Assembly (NCBI GenBank): GCA_965222155.1
Contig: CBDCTH010000012.1
Span: 864,001 to 928,000 of the forward strand
Length of the DNA stretch: 64,000 nucleotides
Direction of reading: 5' to 3'
DNA from: Gammaproteobacteria bacterium
Lineage (GTDB): Bacteria > Pseudomonadota > Gammaproteobacteria > Eutrophobiales > Eutrophobiaceae
Positions 49,634-59,734 of this stretch are shown here, piece by piece; within the stretch, counting starts at the first letter, position 1, and each line of letters opens with the position of its first letter. The notes beneath the pieces were generated by a model. That model did no database searches, had not been told where the DNA came from, and saw only the letters and a list, made by a program, of their open reading frames with translations. A program made the translations under genes and the position numbers.

Positions 49634-50398
49634 ATGAAGTCCATACAAGAGCTGGTAGATATAATGGCGGCATTACGTGACCCGAAGACGGGATGCCCCT
49701 GGGACAGGCAACAGACGAAGGAGACAATCATTCCGTATACGCTGGAAGAGATATACGAATTGGTTGATGCGGTGGAGCGAAACAACATGGAAGAAATCAA
49801 GGATGAACTGGGAGATTTACTGTTCCATGTTATCTTTTATTCGCAAATGGCGTCAGAAACCGGCAGTTTCGATTTAACGGACGTAGTCGGCGGCGTCTGT
49901 GACAAGCTGAAGAGGCGCCACCCCCACGTATTCGCCGGGCAGCAGGCGGACACGATAGAGGACGTCAAGAACAACTGGGAAAAAATCAAACGGGAGGAAC
50001 GCGCGGGAGATTATCTTGACAATATCACCAGGGCACTGCCGGCAATGCTGCGTGCGGAGAAATTACAAAAACGCGCAGCCCAGGTCGGCTTCGACTGGGA
50101 TGAACCGGCACCGGTACTGGCCAAAGTTGAAGAGGAAGTCAATGAACTGAAACAGGCAATGGACCAGCCGCAACACCACACCCGGCTACAAGATGAAGTA
50201 GGCGATTTATTCTTCGCGGCCATCAACCTGGCCAGACACCTGGACATCAACCCCGAAACAGCCTTGCGCGAGGCCAATAATAAATTCGAACAACGGTTCC
50301 GCTTCATCCAAACTACACTTGAACAAGAAGGGCAGGACCTGGAAACCGCGTCAATGGAGAGAATGGAAGAGCTGTGGGAACGGGCTAAAAATCAGTAA
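49634..50398 (+). CDS. mazG: Nucleoside triphosphate pyrophosphohydrolase MazG
   Basis: GCPWDRQQT, DELGDLL, RRHPHVF and GFDW. Confidence 0.96.
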   Translation: MKSIQELVDIMAALRDPKTGCPWDRQQTKETIIPYTLEEIYELVDAVERNNMEEIKDELGDLLFHVIFYSQMASETGSFDLTDVVGGVCDKLKRRHPHVFAGQQADTIEDVKNNWEKIKREERAGDYLDNITRALPAMLRAEKLQKRAAQVGFDWDEPAPVLAKVEEEVNELKQAMDQPQHHTRLQDEVGDLFFAAINLARHLDINPETALREANNKFEQRFRFIQTTLEQEGQDLETASMERMEELWERAKNQ

Positions 50399-50417
50399 AA
50401 GAGGAAGGATTCATATA

Positions 50418-50663
50418 GCCACAGAGGTCACAGAGAACACAGAGTAGAGTTAAGAAAGCTGAGAACCCCGACAGGTCTGGATAGGCTGTTGATGTGCGCC
50501 TTCCTTGGCGCCCGCCCTGCGGGCGCCCGATGGGCGTCCAAGTCTGCCCCTAGGGCTCTGACAGGTTTGGATAGGTTTTTCAAGACTATCATCCGCAGGG
50601 ACAGCGGATGGTAAGCGTACAGGGACGTATTCACAGCGAGTCTTGAAAAACCTATCCAAACCT
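50418..50663. repeat. Repeat element shared with 25417-25612
   Basis: AGGTTTGGATAGGTTTTTCAAGACT / AGTCTTGAAAAACCTATCCAAACCT enclose the shared core. Confidence 0.85.
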
Positions 50664-50701
50664 TTTCGGACCCATCCAGACCCCTCCGGACCGGTCCAAA
50701 A

Positions 50702-51610
50702 CTAGCTATTCCTCTCTACAATGTAACGCGCTATCCGGCGCAGCATCCCAGCTTCGTCACCAAAATCCGACAGGCAGTTGAGGGCATCCTCCAGTAACTC
50801 CTGCGCCGCCTGTTTCGCACCCTCCAGGCCCAGCAGGTTCGGATAAGTCGCTTTATTCTTTTCCATGTCGGAGCCCTGGGGTTTACCCAGCGTTTCGGTA
50901 TCGCCCACGATGTCAAGCACATCGTCGTGAATTTGAAAAGCCAGGCCGATGCAGTCCGCGTAGCGCGAGACATTATGAAACTGATCCTCGTCAACCCGGT
51001 CGGAGCAAAGCGCGCCCAGCTCAACGCTAGCCCTGATCAGCGCACCGGTCTTACGCGAGTGCATGGTTTGCAGTTGTTCCAGGCTGAGCGCCTTGTCCTC
51101 AGCTTCCAGGTCGATAGTCTGACCTCCCGTCATGCCGCCGGGGCCGCTGGCCAGCGCCAGGGTGTCGATCATTTTCAGGCGCTGTTCGGCAGGGACCGAA
51201 ATCCCCGTGTCCTGCGCCAGAACCTGGAAAGCCAGGGCCTGCAATGAATCACCGGCCAGGATGGCGGTGGCTTCATTATAGGCCTTGTGGCAAGTGAGTC
51301 GGCCGCGCCGTAAATCATCGTCGTCCATAGCCGGCAGGTCGTCATGGATGAGTGAATAAGTATGGATCATTTCCACTGCACAGGCACAGCCGTCCAATGC
51401 CGCCGGCCTGACGTTGAACGCCTCGCCGCTGGCGTAGACCAGAACCGGCCTGATACGCTTGCCGCCGCCAAAAATCGAATAACGAACGGCTTCGTTTAAC
51501 GATTCCGGTATTTCCGTGACCGGCGGTAACCAGAAGTCCAGGGCGGCTTCCACCCGGGCCTGGTAGTCCGCCAGCCGTTCAGCGAAGTAATTGTCGTGGA
51601 CAGATTTCAA
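50702..51610 (-). CDS. ispA: Farnesyl diphosphate synthase
   Basis: GGKRIRP, SLIHDDLPAMDDDDLRRG, KTGAL and FQIHDDVLD. Confidence 0.96.
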   Translation of the reverse strand: MKSVHDNYFAERLADYQARVEAALDFWLPPVTEIPESLNEAVRYSIFGGGKRIRPVLVYASGEAFNVRPAALDGCACAVEMIHTYSLIHDDLPAMDDDDLRRGRLTCHKAYNEATAILAGDSLQALAFQVLAQDTGISVPAEQRLKMIDTLALASGPGGMTGGQTIDLEAEDKALSLEQLQTMHSRKTGALIRASVELGALCSDRVDEDQFHNVSRYADCIGLAFQIHDDVLDIVGDTETLGKPQGSDMEKNKATYPNLLGLEGAKQAAQELLEDALNCLSDFGDEAGMLRRIARYIVERNS

Positions 51611-51622
51611 ATCTGTCCCCTG

Positions 51623-51871
51623 TCATGCCTCATCCGCACGCGCTGCTTCAAATTCTGTCAGCTCACCCGACTCATTGTTCAGGGTCAGAATTCGTACTTT
51701 CTGTTCCGCAGCCGCCAGGGCTTTTTGGCAGGCACGGGTCAGGGATACCCCCCGTTCGAATTGTTTCAGGGATTCTTCCAGGGTGAGCTCACCTTTTTCC
51801 ATGGTCTCAACAAGCTGTTCCAGTTCAGCCAGTGATTTCTCAAAATCTATTTCGGAGTTTTTTTCAGACAC
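51623..51871 (-). CDS. xseB: Exodeoxyribonuclease VII small subunit
   Basis: [12 protein letters not shown]...LEESL..FERG; GTG start with AGGAG RBS. Confidence 0.93.
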   Translation of the reverse strand: MSEKNSEIDFEKSLAELEQLVETMEKGELTLEESLKQFERGVSLTRACQKALAAAEQKVRILTLNNESGELTEFEAARADEA

Positions 51872-52088
51872 AAGCTTGTCTCCTGACGGTGATGGTTCAA
51901 ATTGTATCAATAACTCAAGGATTTACATACATTATAAGTAGAACCTATATTCACGATTAAAAAATACAATAACCCTGCTTGAGTTATCAGGTTGACACTA
52001 TTGACTGAGTCAGCTAAATTCAGAAGTACGTTGCGACTGTTTAGTAATAATTAAGCCATAAAAGATCAATTGATTAGGAGGAAGTCCG

Positions 52089-52508
52089 ATGAGTTTGAAA
52101 GGTACCAGAACCGAAGATAACCTGAAAGCAGCGTTTGCCGGGGAATCACAGGCCAATCGCCGTTATTTATATTTTGCCCAGAAAGCGGACGTGGAGGGCT
52201 TTAACGATGTCTCTGCAGTATTTCGTTCAACTGCCGAAGGTGAGACCGGCCATGCCCACGGCCACCTGGAATATCTTGAAGAGGTGGGCGATCCGGCAAC
52301 AGGTGAGCCAATCGGCTCAACCGAAAACAACCTGAAAGCGGCCATTGCCGGTGAAACTTATGAATACACGGATATGTACCCGGGTATGGCGAAGACTGCG
52401 CGGGACGAGAGCCTGGATGAAATCGCCGACTGGTTTGAAACCCTTGCCAAGGCTGAGCGTTCTCACGCCAACCGTTTTCAAAAGGCGCTGGACAACCTTG
52501 ACGCCTGA
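52089..52508 (+). CDS. rbr: Rubrerythrin (short, aerobic type)
   Basis: [28 protein letters not shown] and AERSHA. Confidence 0.95.
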   Translation: MSLKGTRTEDNLKAAFAGESQANRRYLYFAQKADVEGFNDVSAVFRSTAEGETGHAHGHLEYLEEVGDPATGEPIGSTENNLKAAIAGETYEYTDMYPGMAKTARDESLDEIADWFETLAKAERSHANRFQKALDNLDA

Positions 52509-52577
52509 TTTTACCGACCCCGAAAGGGCAAAGTATAGGGGTGTGCTTTGTAAATCTATTCCAGACAGATTTGTCAG

Positions 52578-52605
52578 GAGCCGGGTTCTTGCCCGGCTCT
52601 TTTTT
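52578..52605 (+). terminator. Intrinsic terminator after rubrerythrin
   Basis: GAGCCGGG-loop-CCCGGCTC followed by T6. Confidence 0.75.
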
Positions 52606-52625
52606 AGGTCGAGCGGAAAAATCGT

Positions 52626-53969
52626 GTGAGTATTGATATTCGCGAGGGTAGCCTGGAAGCTCCCGTCAGGCATGCTATTGAATGGAAACAGGCAGAATAC
52701 TACGATCAGGACGATTTGGTCTCGGAGTTGGAGCGCGTATTTGATATCTGCCACGGCTGCCGCCGCTGTGTCAGCCTGTGCAACGCGTTTCCCACCCTGT
52801 TCGACCTGATAGACGAGTCGGACACCATGGAAGTGGACGGGGTGGAAAAAGCCGATTTCGGCAAAGTCGTGGATCACTGCTATCTGTGTGATCTCTGCTA
52901 CATGACGAAATGCCCCTATGTGCCGCCCCACGAATGGAACGTCGACTTCCCCCACCTCATGCTGCGCGCCAAGGCGGTGAATTTCAAGCAGGGCAACGCG
53001 AAACTGCGCGATAAGGTGCTTACCTCTACCCGTACCGTGGGCAATCTCGCCGGTATTCCCATTGTTGCCCAGCTTGTCAATGCGGCGAATAAGTCGCAAC
53101 CGCTGCGCAAACTGCTGGAAAAGACGGTGGGTATCCATGCGGATGCGCCTTTGCCGGAGTTTCATTCCCGCTCGTTGCGCAGTCGGGTTAAAGGCAAACA
53201 ACCGGCCCCGTCCACGCCGGAGCCGGCCGGCGGGACGACCGGAAAGGTGGCCTTGTTCGTGACCTGTTACTGCAACAGGAATACCCCCCGGGTGGCAGAA
53301 GACCTGATCGCCGTATTCGAGCATAACGGAATCCCGTTTACCCTGGCCGATAAGGAGGCGTGTTGCGGCATGCCCAAGCTGGAGCTGGGCGATCTTGATA
53401 CGGTCGAACGGGCAAAAGATGTCAATATTCCGCGCCTGATAGAGCTGGTTGAGCAGGGCTGGGACATCATCGCACCCATCCCCTCCTGTGTGTTGATGTT
53501 CAAGCAGGAGCTTCCCCTGATGTTTCCTGATGACGAGAACGTGCAGCGGGTGCGGCAGGCTTTTTACGACCCCTTTGAGTACCTCATGATCCGGCATAAG
53601 GAAGGGAAACTGAATACCGAATTCAAACAGTCTCTCGGCAGGATTGCCTACCATGCGCCCTGTCACCAGCGGGTCCAGAATATCGGTCTGAAAACCCGCG
53701 ACGTGCTGGCACTGGTCCCGGACACGAGCATCGATGTGATCGAACGCTGTTCGGGACATGATGGAACCTACGCGGTCAAGGCTGAGAGTCACGAGATATC
53801 GACAAAAATCTGCCGCCCGGTTGTGAACAAGGTCAAACAGGCCGAGGCCGAACATTACGTCAGTGATTGCCCGATGGCGGGCGCGCAAATTCAGAACGGC
53901 ATGGGTGAGGGACAGGCCGGCGCGGCTGAATCTGCGTTTTCCCTGCTGAAATTTGCCTATGGTTTGTGA
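52626..53969 (+). CDS. Rubrerythrin-associated Fe-S oxidoreductase (CCG domains)
   Basis: CHGCRRCVSLC, CYLCDLC...KCPY, CCG and RCSGH. Confidence 0.9.
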   Translation: MSIDIREGSLEAPVRHAIEWKQAEYYDQDDLVSELERVFDICHGCRRCVSLCNAFPTLFDLIDESDTMEVDGVEKADFGKVVDHCYLCDLCYMTKCPYVPPHEWNVDFPHLMLRAKAVNFKQGNAKLRDKVLTSTRTVGNLAGIPIVAQLVNAANKSQPLRKLLEKTVGIHADAPLPEFHSRSLRSRVKGKQPAPSTPEPAGGTTGKVALFVTCYCNRNTPRVAEDLIAVFEHNGIPFTLADKEACCGMPKLELGDLDTVERAKDVNIPRLIELVEQGWDIIAPIPSCVLMFKQELPLMFPDDENVQRVRQAFYDPFEYLMIRHKEGKLNTEFKQSLGRIAYHAPCHQRVQNIGLKTRDVLALVPDTSIDVIERCSGHDGTYAVKAESHEISTKICRPVVNKVKQAEAEHYVSDCPMAGAQIQNGMGEGQAGAAESAFSLLKFAYGL

Positions 53970-54572
53970 GTGAAGCAGGAAATGTCGAATAAGTTGACCA
54001 GGGCAGATCTGTACACGCTGGAAAAATACGCCGAGATCCGTAATGAGTTTCGCGCCAGTGTGATGGCGCACAAGAAATCACGGCGTCTGCCGCTGGGTCT
54101 CAACGCCACCCTGTATTTTGAAGATCGCCTTACCATCCAGTACCAGGTGCAGGAGATGCTGCGTATCGAGAAGATATTCGAGCGCGCAGACATTGAAGAA
54201 GAACTGGCAGCTTATAACCCGCTGATCCCGGATGGGCACAACTGGAAGGCCACCTTCATGCTGGAGTATGACGACCGCGCTGAGCGAGGGGAAATGCTCA
54301 CCAGGCTGGTCGGCATAGAGGACTGCGTCTGGATGCGCGTCGGCACCGGCGCTATTATCGTTCCGATTTGTGACGAAGATATGGAACGTGAAACCGAAAC
54401 AAGGACCTCGTCAGTCCACTTCATGCGCTTTGAACTGTCACCAGAGGATATCACCGCCGTAGGGCAGGGTGCAGAAATTTCCGCCGGCATCAGTCACCAG
54501 GAGTATAATTTCCAGATATCGCCCATCCCTGCCGCTATCCGGCAGTCACTTGGCGCGGATATTGATAGTTAG
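53970..54572 (+). CDS. DUF3501 family protein
   Basis: FEDRLTIQYQVQEMLRIE, YNPLIP and SSVHF; usual synteny with rubrerythrin. Confidence 0.88.
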   Translation: MKQEMSNKLTRADLYTLEKYAEIRNEFRASVMAHKKSRRLPLGLNATLYFEDRLTIQYQVQEMLRIEKIFERADIEEELAAYNPLIPDGHNWKATFMLEYDDRAERGEMLTRLVGIEDCVWMRVGTGAIIVPICDEDMERETETRTSSVHFMRFELSPEDITAVGQGAEISAGISHQEYNFQISPIPAAIRQSLGADIDS

Positions 54573-54603
54573 GATTATCATCATCCCAGCGCCTGCCCCA
54601 CAG

Positions 54604-54781
54604 TCGTCATTCCAGCGAAAGCTGGAATCCAGTCAAACAATGTGCCGCCACCGGCGGCTCTTTATTATACTGGATTCCGGCCTGCGCCGGAATGACGACG
54701 ACAGCCGGAATGACGACGACAGCCGGAATGACGACGACGGATATGCCGTCTTTTCTCTGTGATCTCTGTGCCCTCTGTGGC
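54604..54781. repeat. CGTC-type REP pair with 18-bp tandem tail, plus CTCTGTG periodic repeat
   Basis: CGTCATTCCAGCGAAAGCTGGAATCCAG ... CTGGATTCCGGCCTGCGCCGGAATGACG, and GCCGGAATGACGACG three times. Confidence 0.85.
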
Positions 54782-54792
54782 AAAATAATCAA

Positions 54793-56679
54793 ATGAACAA
54801 CACTTACGCCGCCGCTGATATCGAGGTCCTGACCGGCCTTGACCCGGTGCGTAAACGCCCCGGGATGTACACCGATACCTCCCGTCCCAATCACCTGGTG
54901 CAGGAAGTCGTCGATAACAGTGTCGATGAAGCCATCATCGGCCATGCCAACCGGGTTGAGATTACCCTGCACGAAGACAACTCCATCACGGTCGCCGATA
55001 ACGGCAGGGGCATGCCGGTCGACAATCATCCGGGGGAGAACCTCCCGGGCGTGGAAGTGATCCTGACCCGGCTGCACGCCGGGGGCAAGTTCTCCGACAA
55101 GAATTACAAGTTCTCGGGCGGCCTGCACGGCGTAGGCGTATCAGTCGTCAATGCCCTGTCCAAACACCTGGAAATCTGGGTCAGGCGCGACGGCAATGAA
55201 TACAACATGGCCTTTGCCAGCGGTAACAGGATCAGTCCGCTGGAAGTAGTGGGCGAGGTGGGCAAACGCAATACCGGCACCACCCTGCGCTTCTGGCCCG
55301 ACCCGGTTTACTTTGATTCCATTACGGTAGCAAGAGCGAAACTTAAACACCTGCTGCGCGCCAAGGCGGTACTGTGCCCCAAACTGACGGTCAGGCTCAA
55401 CGATGAGGCCAACGAGGATAAAACGGAGTGGTACTATGAGGACGGCGTCAGCACATATTTATCGAGTATGCTGGCCGGTGTCGAACTGCTGCCGGCGGAA
55501 CCTTTCACCGGTTCCATGCAAGGCAATAACGAACAGGTGGACTGGGCCGTACACTGGCTGCCGGAAGCAGGGGAACTGATCACGGAGAGTTACGTCAACC
55601 TGGTGCCGACCACCCAGGGCGGCACCCATGTGAACGGCCTGCGCCAGGGCTTGCTGGAAGCCTTCAGGGGGTTCTGTGAAGCACGCAACCTGTTGCCGCG
55701 CGGCGTCAAGCTGACTGCGGAAGACGTCTGGGAGCGTTGCGCCTACCTGCTTTCGGTAAAAATCGATGAACCTCAATTCGTTGGTCAGGCCAAGGAACGG
55801 CTGGCCTCGCGGGAATGTACGACGTTTGTCTCAGGCGTTGTGCGCGATGCCTTGAGCCAGTGGCTGCACCAGCACGTGGAGACCGGTGAGAAGATCGCCG
55901 AACTGGCGATCCGTCATGCCCAGAGTCGCCTCAAGGCCGGTAAAAACATTGTCCGCAAAAAAGTGACCAGCGGCCCGGCGCTGCCCGGCAAACTGGCGGA
56001 CTGCGCCAGCCAGTCCGCCGAACTCAGTGAGTTGTTCCTGGTGGAGGGGGATTCCGCCGGCGGCTCCGCCAAACAGGCCCGGGATCGGGAATTTCAGGCG
56101 GTCATGCCGTTACGGGGAAAAATCCTAAACACCTGGGAGGTGGCCCCGGGTGAAGTGCTGTCCTCCAAGGAAGTCCACGACATCTCGGTTGCAATCGGCG
56201 TGGACCCGGGCTCCGACGATTTATCCAAACTGCGCTACGGCCGCATCTGCATCCTGGCCGATGCGGATTCCGACGGCTTGCATATCGCCACCTTACTCTG
56301 CGCCCTGTTCCTGAAACACTTCCGCAAACTGGTCAGCGCAGGTCACGTACACGTCGCCATGCCGCCCCTGTACCGGATAGATGTCGGCAAGGAAGTGTTC
56401 TATGCACTGGATGATTCCGAGAAGTCCGGCGTGCTGGATCGCATCGCCGCGGAGAAAATCAAGGGCATGGTCAACGTGCAACGCTTCAAGGGCCTGGGGG
56501 AGATGAACCCCATTCAGTTACGCGAAACCACCATGGCGAAGGAAACGCGCCGCCTGGTAAAACTGAGCCTGCCGGAAGACAGCAAGTCGGACCAGATGAT
56601 GGACATGCTGCTGGCGAAGAAACGTGCCTCGGACCGCAAAAACTGGCTGGAACGCAAGGGAGATCTGGCTACAGTATAA
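54793..56679 (+). CDS. parE: DNA topoisomerase IV subunit B
   Basis: EVVDNSVDE, LHAGGKF, LVEGDSAGGSAKQ, DADSDG and QRFKGLGEMNP. Confidence 0.97.
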   Translation: MNNTYAAADIEVLTGLDPVRKRPGMYTDTSRPNHLVQEVVDNSVDEAIIGHANRVEITLHEDNSITVADNGRGMPVDNHPGENLPGVEVILTRLHAGGKFSDKNYKFSGGLHGVGVSVVNALSKHLEIWVRRDGNEYNMAFASGNRISPLEVVGEVGKRNTGTTLRFWPDPVYFDSITVARAKLKHLLRAKAVLCPKLTVRLNDEANEDKTEWYYEDGVSTYLSSMLAGVELLPAEPFTGSMQGNNEQVDWAVHWLPEAGELITESYVNLVPTTQGGTHVNGLRQGLLEAFRGFCEARNLLPRGVKLTAEDVWERCAYLLSVKIDEPQFVGQAKERLASRECTTFVSGVVRDALSQWLHQHVETGEKIAELAIRHAQSRLKAGKNIVRKKVTSGPALPGKLADCASQSAELSELFLVEGDSAGGSAKQARDREFQAVMPLRGKILNTWEVAPGEVLSSKEVHDISVAIGVDPGSDDLSKLRYGRICILADADSDGLHIATLLCALFLKHFRKLVSAGHVHVAMPPLYRIDVGKEVFYALDDSEKSGVLDRIAAEKIKGMVNVQRFKGLGEMNPIQLRETTMAKETRRLVKLSLPEDSKSDQMMDMLLAKKRASDRKNWLERKGDLATV

Positions 56680-56851
56680 TGCGGCGAAGGCAGAGATACT
56701 GCCGCATTCCAAACGTTTTCGTTAAATTCAGCCGCAGACTGAGAAAAATATCCGCATAATTCCAAATATTCAGACTATTGCGGATAAATTTCTCTAATAA
56801 TGATAAAATGCGGATACTTTTCTAAATTTGCGGTTATTTTTCGGATAAGTC

Positions 56852-58405
56852 ATGGCGCTTGGTTATCTCTACCTCGTTGAACAGTACCAATTGGCGGCAA
56901 TGCCATTGCAGACTGTTGCCCAAGTTGATCCAATGATCAAGGGAAGACAGACTCGAAGCATCGGAAATCAGGATATCCTGGTCTTTGAGCCCAAATACCA
57001 GCCTGAAGCCGGACTGGTCGGACACCTGCAATTCGCCCTGCGCTATGAAGGCATTAACCTGGAAGTTCTGTATTTGTTATTCCGGCAGACAGGGAGAGAT
57101 GAATTGAATGCCTGGCTGGCTGAGAGTCCGACATCGAGCTACGCACGCCGCGCCGGTTTTCTGTATGAATGGTTGTCGGGTGACAAATTAAATGTAAATG
57201 TTCCAGCCAAGGAACGCTATGTGGACCTTGTGGATAACACATTGCAGTTTGGCCTGACGGTCGGAGAGAAGGATACGCGTTTCCGCGTGAACAATAATCT
57301 TCCGGGTAATAAATACTTCTGTCCACTGGTGCGTCGAACGAAATATCTGAATGAAATGATAGCGAATGATTTGCGGGAAAAAACCCGTAAAACACTGGCG
57401 CGCTATGATCAGGATATTTTGCGGCGAGCGGCCGGTTATCTCTATCTGAAAGAAACACAGTCCTCGTTTGAAGTAGAGCGGGAAACACCCACTCCCGATC
57501 GTGCCCAACGTTTTGCCGATTTGTTGCGCCAGGCCGACACGCGGGAATTATTATCGGAAGACCGGATGGTGCAATTGCAACAGGCCGTCGTCGATTCCCG
57601 CTTTCATGAATTTACCTGGCGGCATCAACAGAACTGGGTAGGCAAGGATCATGGCTATCGGCAACAGGTCGATTTCATTCCACCCAGGCCGGAGGATGTG
57701 CCTGATTTAATGATCGGACTTCTGTCCCTGGCAGAGACATCGAGAAACTGGTTCGCTGATAATGATAATGGAGCAGGTGAGTCTCAAATAGATCCGGTCA
57801 TACTTGCGACCGTGATCGCATTCGGTTTCGTCTTCATCCACCCGTTTATGGATGGCAATGGGCGTATCCACCGGTATTTGATACATGAAGTCTTGACCAA
57901 TGCCGGCTTTACCCCCAGAGGGATAATCCTGCCGATCTCTGCAGTCATACTCGCCAACCTGGATGATTATGTTGCAATCCTGGAAAACTTTTCCAAGCCG
58001 TTACGAACCAGGACCAGTTACAACCCGGATACGCCGGATATTCCCGCTATCGGCAATGAAGCTGTTTATTTCCGCTATTTCGATGCAACGATTCAGGCGG
58101 AATTTTTATACGGATCCTTGCAGAGAACGGTGGAAGTAGATCTGGAAACAGAAATTAATTACCTGATGGGATTTGATCGAGCCTATCAGGCGCTGAACAA
58201 CCTGCTTGACTGGCCGGCGCATAGCCTTGAATTATTCATTCGCATTGTCCAACAGAATAATGGCAGGCTGTCCAAGACCAAGAGAGACAGCCATTTCGAC
58301 TGGATGAAAGAAGGGGAGATTAAGACGGCGGAACAACTGGTCAGTGAAGCGTTTCAGATGAAGCAGCGCATTTCGTCATTTGACAACCCCGGTAAAAGAC
58401 CGTAG
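56852..58405 (+). CDS. Fic-domain protein
   Basis: HPFMDGNGRIHR and SSFEVERE inhibitory-like motif. Confidence 0.92.
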   Translation: MALGYLYLVEQYQLAAMPLQTVAQVDPMIKGRQTRSIGNQDILVFEPKYQPEAGLVGHLQFALRYEGINLEVLYLLFRQTGRDELNAWLAESPTSSYARRAGFLYEWLSGDKLNVNVPAKERYVDLVDNTLQFGLTVGEKDTRFRVNNNLPGNKYFCPLVRRTKYLNEMIANDLREKTRKTLARYDQDILRRAAGYLYLKETQSSFEVERETPTPDRAQRFADLLRQADTRELLSEDRMVQLQQAVVDSRFHEFTWRHQQNWVGKDHGYRQQVDFIPPRPEDVPDLMIGLLSLAETSRNWFADNDNGAGESQIDPVILATVIAFGFVFIHPFMDGNGRIHRYLIHEVLTNAGFTPRGIILPISAVILANLDDYVAILENFSKPLRTRTSYNPDTPDIPAIGNEAVYFRYFDATIQAEFLYGSLQRTVEVDLETEINYLMGFDRAYQALNNLLDWPAHSLELFIRIVQQNNGRLSKTKRDSHFDWMKEGEIKTAEQLVSEAFQMKQRISSFDNPGKRP

Positions 58406-58480
58406 ATTGCGGACATGGGCGGAGGTGAAGCAACTTCCGGACTTGGAACGTAACATTACACTTATAAGGAGGTGGCCCGT

Positions 58481-58784
58481 ATGAGCAGTACTGCTCTTTA
58501 CAAGGCGTTTATTGAAGTCGGCGCATCGCAGGAGGCCGCCACCGAGGCGGCGGAGGACGGTCATTCAAGTGTCACAGCTATCACAACTGGCGACAAAGGT
58601 CGATATTGAAGCTCTGAAAAGCGAAAATGCACTTCTGAGAAGTGAGGTAGCGATCGATATTGCAAACCTGGAAACCCGGCTTCTCAAATGGATGGTCGGC
58701 TGCGGGTTCCTGTTTGCCGGCGTTGTCATCGCCGGCGTGGGCATAGTCATCCAAATCATGCTGTCCCCTGGAGTTGCCCGGTAA
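58481..58784 (+). pseudogene. DUF1640-like coiled-coil membrane protein, frameshifted
   Basis: AAGGAGG RBS; MSSTALYKAFIEVGASQEAATEAAED then a frame change to LATKVDI...LETRLLKWMVG. Confidence 0.6.
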
Positions 58785-58850
58785 GCTGCGGTAAAAATAA
58801 GTCTGCCCGCTTATTCCCGGTCCCCTTTTTCTCGTAATCAGGCTTCTGCA

Positions 58851-58968
58851 GTCATTCCCGCGCGTTTCCCTACGGCCCATTCCTGCGGAAGCAGGAATCC
58901 AGTCAATAAACTTTCCTTATAATAAGGAATAAATTATCTACTGGATTCCGGCTTACGCGGGAATGACG
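58851..58968. repeat. CGTC-type REP pair
   Basis: ATTCCTGCGGAAGCAGGAATCCAG ... CTGGATTCCGGCTTACGCGGGAATGACG. Confidence 0.8.
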
Positions 58969-59053
58969 ATGGTGGGCATGCACCGAAATGATATAAGCGG
59001 CGTGTGCCATAATGGTGATCAATTACAACAATGGCGACTGGGTTGTCCTAGGG

Positions 59054-59218
59054 TTACATATAGTCTACTGAAATCGAGGCATTATCGCCTACACCCAGGA
59101 TAGTGATCATACCGCCACCATAATCGGACAGGTCGATTACGTAATTACCGTCACCTTGGGTACTGTCGCTGACGTCTGTTAACGCTTCGTCTTCATCTGC
59201 AAAACGTTTCAGGATGAT
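59054..59218 (-). pseudogene. C-terminal fragment of an RTX-type protein
   Basis: IILKRF...GNYVIDLSDYGGGMITILGV resembles RTX C-terminal repeats such as those at the window end. Confidence 0.45.
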
Positions 59219-59617
59219 CATATCGCCACCTTGCTCTGCGCCCTGTTCTTGAAGCATTTCCGCCCGCTCGTCAGCGCGGGTCACGTGTACGTGGCCATGC
59301 CTCCACTGTACCGGATAGACGTCGGCAAGGAAGTGTTCTACGCCCTGGACGATTCTGAAAAGTCCGGCCTGCTCGATCGCATCGCTGCGGAGAAAATCAA
59401 GGGGACGGTAAACGTGCAACGTTTCAAAGGCCTCGGAGAAATGAACCCCATACAGTTACGGGAAACCACTATGGCGAAGGAAACGCGCCGCCTGGTAAAA
59501 CTGACCCTGCCGGAAGACAGCAAGGCGGACCAGATGATGGACATGCTGCTGGCGAAGAAGCGCGCATCAGACCGTAAAGACTGGCTGGAACGCAAAGGCG
59601 ACCTGGCCACCATATAA
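59219..59617 (+). pseudogene. parE: Diverged duplicate of the last 399 bp of parE
   Basis: Colinear with 56281-56679; mostly synonymous differences. Confidence 0.92.
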
Positions 59618-59734
59618 AAGAGTTTGACACAACAGGCCATCAGCATATCCTTATATCAGCGTTCTGATGTTTGGGCGCAGAATCTAACTCCCCATCTCCA
59701 ACTTACTCAAAGCAGGTGCAGACGGGCAACTAAC

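Noticed and set aside
52317-54071. 584-aa minus-strand ORF
   Set aside because: Antisense shadow of the rubrerythrin/Fe-S oxidoreductase genes, with no motifs
52089-54572. Rubrerythrin, Fe-S oxidoreductase and DUF3501 cluster as a novel system
   Set aside because: Already a described conserved cluster of aerobic-type rubrerythrins
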